DNA of 35,307 nt from Sphaeroforma arctica JP610 (Eukaryota): the NCBI RefSeq assembly GCF_001186125.1, contig NW_014040487.1, positions 87,907 through 123,213 on the forward strand, in the 5' to 3' direction. Position 1 is the stretch's first letter. Each line of letters begins with the position of its first letter. The notes under the pieces were generated by a model that was not told the origin of the DNA, ran no database searches, and was given only the letters and a program-made list of their open reading frames with translations. Shown here piece after piece: positions 27,609-35,307 of the stretch. A program made the position numbers and the translations under genes.

Positions 27609-28527
27609 CACCCCATTCATGTACTAAGGGGATAAAATAGGGCCAAAAATAAAGAAGCGTTCCTGATTTGCTAAATCTGGACTTCAATTTATTCCCAATA
27701 ATTTATTTTTTTGGCATATTTCAAGATTAAGTATTTCGTAAATGATCTATGCAGGCGCCAAGGTCGTAGTACAAGTAGAACACCTATGCTTAGGAGTAAC
27801 ACTACATCGGAAACCTCCAAAACGCGATTATTGGGTCTAAATACGCATAATTAGTAAAGTTTCAAAGCTGTCACGTACAATTATTGTCAAAACAATATCG
27901 TATATGCATTTTTACAACCGTAATGCAAGTCACAGCGGCTAAAATCGAGAAAAAGTGTGTTTACGACATTTGATGTGCCATGCCATCGATTGCACGATGA
28001 ATCTCATTTCCTGAACTTTGCCAAAATCTACTACTTATTTACCTAAAAACGATTGCAATAACATTACTATGATTTAATTATGCTTATATAGATATAACGA
28101 AGGTCTGAAAATCATATTGAAGACATATAATTGAATATGCACACCAAATGGATGTCAATGATGGATACGCATGCACGTAAATGGTGATTTTGAGCAAGCA
28201 TAATAAGCCTTTTATTCCACAAAGATGGTTTCTGAACTAATAATACTTGTATTTATTATATATTAGAACCCTTAGAAGGTTCAAACTGCTAATACGCGAC
28301 CTGGAAATCCAAGATTTGTTACAGTCGAAAAGTGCACAATCCTGTTCATAAATCGATACATAACAGTATGAACCAGTAGAGCTATCAACTTGGCTCCTTC
28401 GCAAGATTCTTTTGAAATGTTTTTAGAAAAAAGTCTAGAAAATAAAATTGGGATTATATCCTAAACCGGATATAGTGAATTAGGTTTGGTTCTTTAAAAT
28501 CGAGTCCCCTTAGTCTATGGATGGGTG
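27609..28527. mobile_element. Non-autonomous piggyBac-like DNA transposon (MITE), 919 bp
   Basis: Imperfect TIRs CACCCCATTCATGTACTAAGGGGA (27609-27632) and TCCCCTTAGTCTATGGATGGGTG (28505-28527), flanked by TTAA at 27605-27608 and 28528-28531; AT-rich non-coding interior. Confidence 0.8.
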
Positions 28528-29423
28528 TTAAAATACAAAATCGAATAAAATAAATCGCATATTTACAAAATTTCTGACAGTTTCCAATTTAAGATCCGAT
28601 TGGCTTATATTGTTAATATTGAATAGATTTTTACATTTTTGTTTATCTTACATAGGTAAAGATTTTCTGCTTCTGTTTTTTATTTTGAAGGATACGTTGT
28701 CGATTTTTCCTAATCGAAAAAGAACGGTTTAGGCCTCATTAGTCTATAGGGCAAGCCTACTATTTGCACTTTTTTAAATAAATTTAACGATCATTGCCTG
28801 TTTTCTCATTTTGTTTTTATAATAATAATACTGAAAACTGTTCAATTTTCAGAAGGCTATATAGCTTGGGGCCTGGGGGCTTGGGCCTTGTGGGGCTGTC
28901 ATTCAAAAGGATATAGCTTGGGGCTTTCGTCTATTAGAGGGCTATACTTGGGCCAAATTGTGCCCTTGGCCAGAGCCCAGTGAAGCCTACACAAGACTAC
29001 AGGGCGCAGGTGACAGGGCCACAGGCCCACAGCCCTGAGCCCCTTGATTCCTGAGCCAGAGCCTACAGGTGGGCTGAGGTGGCCCACAGTCTGTGGACTG
29101 GGCTCTACGGCAGTCTACAGTTCTACACCTTTAAAAATATGCTACGAGCTACAGAATACAGTCAACAAATTACACTCTACACTCTATACTCTCTACAGGC
29201 TACAGTCTACACATCGCTACAAACTCTACACTCTCCACTCTCCAGTCTACAGTTTCACTTTCTACACTTTACAGACTACAGGTCACAACTCACAACCGGA
29301 TCTCACTCTAAAAACTACACAGTGTCAGGGAGACAGTGTCTCAAAGTAACCACGACATACTTGGGAGTTTAGAGAGATAGTCTATTTACTGTCTCAGTCT
29401 CACCCTAAGCTCAATAAGTTATA

Positions 29424-31064
29424 GGGGTACGGAATATAAGCTCCAACTTTAATGTTGACTTTTTGATTTAAAAAAAAGTTAAAACTAATTTAGGACAAAT
29501 CAGCTACAAAGTTATTTTGTAAACTGCACTCAATAAGCTGTCCGATCGTTGAAAATTTTAGGCCACGAAATTGATAATAAACAATCAAAAGAGATTAAGC
29601 GTTTCAGTTGTGACGACTGTCACCTGAGTGACCTGGAAAATGCACCTAACATATATGAAAGGATACCATTGAGATATAAAAGTTACAACTTTTAATGTTT
29701 ATTCGGGGCAAAATAAAAGTTACAACTTTTTACGCTTTGAGCTTAGGTCTTACCCCCCAGTCACCAGACTCGACACCAGTGATGACTGATGACTGATGAC
29801 TGTTGCAGTGATGAGTGAGCTCCGGCCTCAGAGCTGGAGGCTGGAGGCTGGAAGGCCGGAGGCTGGAGGCTACTCTCTCTAGTAGAGCGAGCCTGTGTAA
29901 CGGTGTAACTCCTCAGTACTGTAGTAGGGCACCCGGAACTACTAGTCTAGTAGTAGTAGAGTAGAGACTACTACTACATACTCTAGTAGAGAGAGGAGGC
30001 TAGTGATGTGAGATTATGTAGAGGTATTGAGGTAAGTGTCTTTTGGACTCTGCCTAAGTATGAATAAGAATCATAAACAAAACTTTAAAATAAAAAATAT
30101 ATATATATATAATTGTACAGATGTTTTTAAAACTACTTAAAACAATTCTGACACTCAAAATAAATTGACACTCTTCCAGAGTAGAGTTTCTACTGTCCAT
30201 TAAAAAGTTATGTCTATGACTATTGACTAGTAGTTGATATGTTGTAATTTAGAAAAACAATTAATTAGAAATAAATATTTATATAAACAATATTTAAAAA
30301 ATATTTACAGAATCTGAGAAGAATTGTTGGCATTTGATGATTGATACTCTTCTCTTGTTAGTACTTCCTGAAGTGAATTCTGAATTTCTGATAGATATAT
30401 ATTTAAAATTGGGTCCTCTCGTGCTCTTGTTTTGTTGAAGAAGGATGAAGAACTGCAGATTAGAGATTTGCTCCATTTATTTGCTCCATATAATTTAAAA
30501 AAATATTTTCGTATGTACTTTTTACTGATTTTTCCTATGTACTGATTTGTTGTTTGATTTTAAAGAAAATAGAAAACTCGAATTCTCGCGATTATGACAA
30601 CTTTTCTCTCTAAAAGAACATTAAAAAAAAGTGCATCGCTTAGAGAATAGTGACAGAGAGTATAGGGAGTGAAGTGTGGAACTGTGGTAACACTGGACAG
30701 TGGACACAGTAGTCAGTACTCAGTAGTCAGTTACTCAGTAGTCAGTCATACGACAGAGCATACATTGGGTCTGTTTTTTTTTAAATAAAAAAACTGTTCC
30801 TGAGCTGATCGCCTCTGCGACTGCGCCTGAGCCCGGCTGTGAGGGGCTGAGGCTAACCTCAAACCGTTTTCCGTTAGATATACGTTTACGTTCACGCTTA
30901 TAGGTGCACCTTGAGGGTCTAAACATTTAAGTGTGTACATATTTTACAATAGAAACCAGCCCTATAAGAGAACTTAGGTAGGCTCTCTGATCACCTTATA
31001 ACAGATATAACGTTTTGAAGTTGAATAAATATGCGTTTACGCTCAACTTCTATCCCGTACCCCC
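29424..31064. mobile_element. Possible non-autonomous TIR element (~1.64 kb)
   Basis: GGGGTACGGAATATAAG (29424-29440) versus reverse complement of 31047-31063 GGGGTACGGGATAGAAG (15/17); ATA on both outer flanks; no transposase recognised. Confidence 0.4.
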
Positions 31065-32276
31065 ATAACGTAATGGGCGTAGGGTTGAGGCCTGAGGGCG
31101 GGTCTCAAAATCATAAAACGTAATTACGTTTAAAATCATTTCGTAAACGTGAAAAGGTAGTACGTTTACACTATGAGCCTTACGTCTATATGCACACTGT
31201 GTACAAGTTTATTACGTACTTACGTTTATATTCAATACGTAAACGTCAAACGTAGTACCTGAGGCCTGAGCTGTTATCTACGGGCTTGTTCTGTTCGTCG
31301 TTTTTTAAAATGTTTTTTATAAATAATGGCTGTCTATGCCTCTATGGTTAAAAAATAGGCCACAAGGCACGACTGCAGGAGATTTTTTTATTGTTTGAAA
31401 GATAAACAAACACTAATACAGGAGTTACAAGTACGTTTTCCATAGTTTTCCTATTTTACAGCCTACGTCACTACATAAAAAATCCCGGACGATATCGGCC
31501 CGCGTGAGGCGTATGTAAATATGTAGAATTAAAACTGGCAATGCCTGAAAGTAAAAAGCGGCAAAGCCCAAAACTAAAAAAAACTTCAAGGACAGCTTAT
31601 TTTAGGTAAAGGATCGTGGAACACGAGGAATGTTATCGATGGGCGCGAGTCCACAAGTCCACATAGTTTAGACCTAAAACAACAACAAAAACAAAAGGAC
31701 ATGGAATCGAAACCAAAATGAGTCAAAATCCAACATAAAAACAAACAAATAGAATTCTTAATTTCAAAAATTATCCAGCTTTAGTGGCTCAGCTCAATCG
31801 ATTCGAAGTAGGACGGTGAATCTGGACACTGGACTTACTCCAGCAGTCCATAGTCCAGATCGGTCCTAAATCCTAACTTGTGCGAGTCGTGCAACTTATG
31901 GCTGTACAATTGTACATAGACACGTGTCCGTCGTGCAACTTGTGGCTGTGGACGTGTCCGTCGTACCGATTTGCTGAGATAATAGAGAGTCAGAGACTAC
32001 TCTCTGATGGGGAGAGAGAGTTTGAGAGAGAGAGAGAGTGTGTGTGAGAAACTGGAGAAACTCGCGAGTTGCGACTTTCGATTTCCGAATGTGTAAAAAT
32101 TGTATTTCTGTATGTACAATGTTTATTTTTATGTACATATTTGGACACAACTTTGCAGTTTTTGTACACTATTCACAGCCTCCTGAATTGAACATAAAAG
32201 TGGGCCTTGTGATGGACCATACCACACTCGCACCTGAAACGTTCCAGCTGTTACAAAAATTTCAATCTTGTACAAA

Positions 32277-33440
32277 ATGGTTTATAGACAGGCGGCCGGC
32301 CTAGCGTGTTTCTTCATCTCTTGTGCCTCGGCCTTGGAAAACAACACATTCGTCTTCTCTGTCGATCTTTTCGCCTCAGAAACGGGCTACTACACGGTAG
32401 AAGGTTATGAAGGTCTTCAACCCACGCTGACGATGGTGCGCGGCGAAACGTACACATTTGTGCAAAAGGATATCAGCAATTGGTACCATCCGCTCGGGTT
32501 TGCATACTTTGCTGACGGTGCACATGAGGGAGTAGATGAGCTTGAAGAGGGACTGCGAGGCGGAGATTATCCTGTTTACATGATTAACAACGAGTTGTCC
32601 GAGCTGGATATATATGAGCCAGAATTCACCTTCCCCCTTGAGTTCTGGGAGACGAACAACTACACAGTTGAACTAACGATCAATGACCCGAATCTAACAG
32701 ATTTCTTCTATTTCTGTCATGTGCATAACAAAATGTCCGCCAGGATAGTCGTAGTGGACAACGAGGGTGATCAGCCAACTGAGGCCGAGCTACAACCGTT
32801 GTATGCATTCACTAATCAATCGGGATTCGATAGTATGTGCGGTACCACAGATGCGGCACAGTTCAGTGCGCAGAGCGGCGGCATAGACGAGTACTGTGAC
32901 GGTAGCGTATTCTTATGCGGTGACCAAGATGACAAGTTCGTGCAGTGTATAAATGCAATCGACTGTAAGATGAACTACGAGATGACCGTGGAGAATTACG
33001 GCAATAACTCTATCGTCACCTTTATGCACCAGATGATTCCTCACCACGTGAACGCTGTAAATATGGCCAAGATCTTACTCAAGGAGATACTTGAGGACAA
33101 TGTGGACGACCCTGATGTGGAAGTAATGCTGCGAGACGTTATCAACACACAGAATGCCCAGATCACCTTTATGCGTGGCTATCTCACGGAACTCGGCCAA
33201 CTTGAAGTCCCTTTGTGTACTGCACCTGAGTCGGATCCTGCAACAACTGAAGATGTCATTTTCACTGAGGAAAGTGTGCCAGCTTTTATTGCCATTGAGG
33301 AAAGTGTGCCAGCTTCCGAGGTGTCCGAAGCTCTAGAGCAGAGTATGCCGGCTGCAGAAGAAAGTGCACCAGCTGCAGAGGAAAGTGCGCCAGCTGCAGA
33401 GGAAAGTGCGGAGGAGAGTGCACCTTCAGAGACGCAATAA
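32277..33440 (+). CDS. Probably secreted protein: cupredoxin-like domain + DUF305 (CopM/ferritin-like) domain + acidic repeat tail; single exon, 387 aa
   Basis: ATG at 32277 in AAAATGG context; signal-like MVYRQAAGLACFFISCASA; PTLTMVRGETYTF...WYHPLGF...FYFCHVHNKM (type-1 Cu ligands H, C, H, M); FMHQMIPHHVNAVNMAK...INTQNAQITFM (DUF305 pattern); EESAPAA repeats. Confidence 0.85.
   Translation: MVYRQAAGLACFFISCASALENNTFVFSVDLFASETGYYTVEGYEGLQPTLTMVRGETYTFVQKDISNWYHPLGFAYFADGAHEGVDELEEGLRGGDYPVYMINNELSELDIYEPEFTFPLEFWETNNYTVELTINDPNLTDFFYFCHVHNKMSARIVVVDNEGDQPTEAELQPLYAFTNQSGFDSMCGTTDAAQFSAQSGGIDEYCDGSVFLCGDQDDKFVQCINAIDCKMNYEMTVENYGNNSIVTFMHQMIPHHVNAVNMAKILLKEILEDNVDDPDVEVMLRDVINTQNAQITFMRGYLTELGQLEVPLCTAPESDPATTEDVIFTEESVPAFIAIEESVPASEVSEALEQSMPAAEESAPAAEESAPAAEESAEESAPSETQ
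33268..33426 (+). repeat. Coding tandem repeat (21-bp unit, EESAPAA-like)
   Basis: GAGGAAAGTGYGCCAGCTGCA-like unit repeated about 6 times at the 3' end of the ORF. Confidence 0.85.
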
Positions 33441-34837
33441 CCACCCCAACATAATGTTCACTCTATCAATAGGGGTGTAGAAAGCAATACTGCTTCGAAA
33501 TATCGTATTCAAGACTTTCACATTCTCAGGGAAGGATGCAAAGTCAAGCATATGCTAAAGCACTAAATTCTATAAGAAATACTTGTCTGTAGTTGATTTG
33601 TCCGAGACTTTAGTGAGCACCCTTGTGTCTATTCGACATTTTTAAATTCGACTCTGCGCACAGATACTTAATATAGTACATTTACAGTTGAAAACGACTG
33701 TTCGAAGAACATAAATACTTAGGGTATACGATTGTACGCACAATTGAGCAGGTATGGAGGCTTCAATGCTGAATTTGGTCATTCAATCACTCTTGAAAGC
33801 TGCATATAATGCACATCGACTGTCGTTCGAGAACTGAAATCACATATATCAGGAAAACAAACAACAAACCAAAAGTGCACTTATGCAAGACGCAGTGTAA
33901 ATATCATAGCTAGCTGTTTACCACTGACTGAAAGTGGGCGCAATATAGCTTTGTCATAGCGAACGACGCATTATGCGTAGGTTTATGTTCTTCTGGGGTT
34001 CTGCCTCTGGGCATATAATTATGCGAAACGGAAAATGATAGTTCAAACTCGTGACCTTATCTACAATTTTACTGCAAGTATGTACGTATATCATCGTGTC
34101 ACATAAGAGACGAGAGACATTCATCTTGTACAAGGACATTAGATTTTATTGCTCGTTTAAGCGAGAAAGAGACTGAATATGACAAAGAAAACTATTATAA
34201 CGGCGAAGATCTTGATCATCAGCCAACGGTTGCTCGACACCGAGTTAAAGTACTTCAAAAGTTCATTGTGGGCACCTGGAGTAGGCAAACCGAGGTACGA
34301 AATTCAGCATCAAAGAGTGCGGCTAAGAATATAGACCGCCGAAAGTATTAGATACGCAGGAGAGGATAAATGCCAAACTAAATAGTGCGAGAGAGAAGGT
34401 TCTTCGGAAGCAAAGTGTACATCGAATGCCCTTGACAAAGTCGCAATATTGACAATACAACGCATGTCACTCATTCTATCACACCTTCTATGTTAAGCTC
34501 TGCGTCCATTGTATTTGTGTCGATGCGCTCAGCCATTTGTCCTTGTTCATGCACCAGTGTCGCCAGTTGCGTGAATATACCACCCAATTCAGCTATACAT
34601 AAAAGCAAAAGATTTCAAATTAATTTATTGAAAACGCATATATGATTTTTTTCTTCTGCGACGTAAGTAGAAGTGAATGTGACGCGATTATACTGTTCTC
34701 AATATTCTAATGACGATTCAACCATACAGATAACACTCTCACGGACTAAACGATACAGTATGCTTTCGATTATCCACGTCCAATAATGAAAGATATGTCA
34801 TTCAGTATCCTCGGTCGCACCCACAGTATTGTAAGCC

Positions 34838-34885
34838 ATATATATATAAATATACTTACATACATACATTCATACACGCATAATT

Positions 34886-34923
<38 letters not shown>

Positions 34924-35100
34924 ATTTTATATACAATATACAAAATATATACATATAAGTATGTCTAATATATCTATATATATAAACGCGTACATACACA
35001 TACATGTACATATATATATATATATATATAAATGGGTATATAGATATATATATATATATATATATATATTGATATAGATATAGATATAGATAAATAAAAT

Positions 35101-35141
<41 letters not shown>

Positions 35142-35307
35142 CATATACATATATATTTATAGATATATATATAGGTATGTATATATATAAAAAGGTATAT
35201 ATATACAAGTCTAAACAATAGATATACACGTACACACACACGTAGACACGCACACACAAACACACACACATATATATATAGGAATACATATATACATTAA
35301 TACTATA
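34838..35307. repeat. (AT)n/(AC)n microsatellite region
   Basis: Low-complexity dinucleotide runs to the window end. Confidence 0.95.

Noticed and set aside
34160..34350. Open frame EKETEYDKENYYNGEDLDHQP... as a possible exon
   Set aside because: No start, clear acceptor or recognisable homology visible.

Overview
Eukaryotic genomic DNA (spliceosomal introns, (AT)n/(AC)n tracts, assembly gaps); the organism cannot be fixed from the sequence. 1-15370: two related but distinct, decayed Ty3/Gypsy (chromovirus-like) LTR retrotransposons in tandem on the minus strand (element 1: <1-8482; element 2: 9070-15370), separated by a short spacer holding a rearranged piece of the element-2 LTR. The main result: both pol genes carry a conserved N6-adenine DNA methyltransferase-like domain (DMFA...NPPW, of the kind known from DIRS elements and phage Dam) between RNase H and a DDE integrase that ends in a divergent chromodomain. 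Both elements also share an in-frame TGA-C at the gag/pol junction (probable readthrough), two non-canonical CCHC fingers, and a non-tRNA primer site complementary to their own LTR (Tf1-like self-priming). 18157-24257: multi-exon TYW1 gene (flavodoxin + radical SAM; 5' exons uncertain). 27609-28527: TTAA-flanked piggyBac-like MITE. 32277-33440: intronless, probably secreted cupredoxin-like + DUF305 protein. All domain calls are by motif recognition and hand alignment, not database searches.
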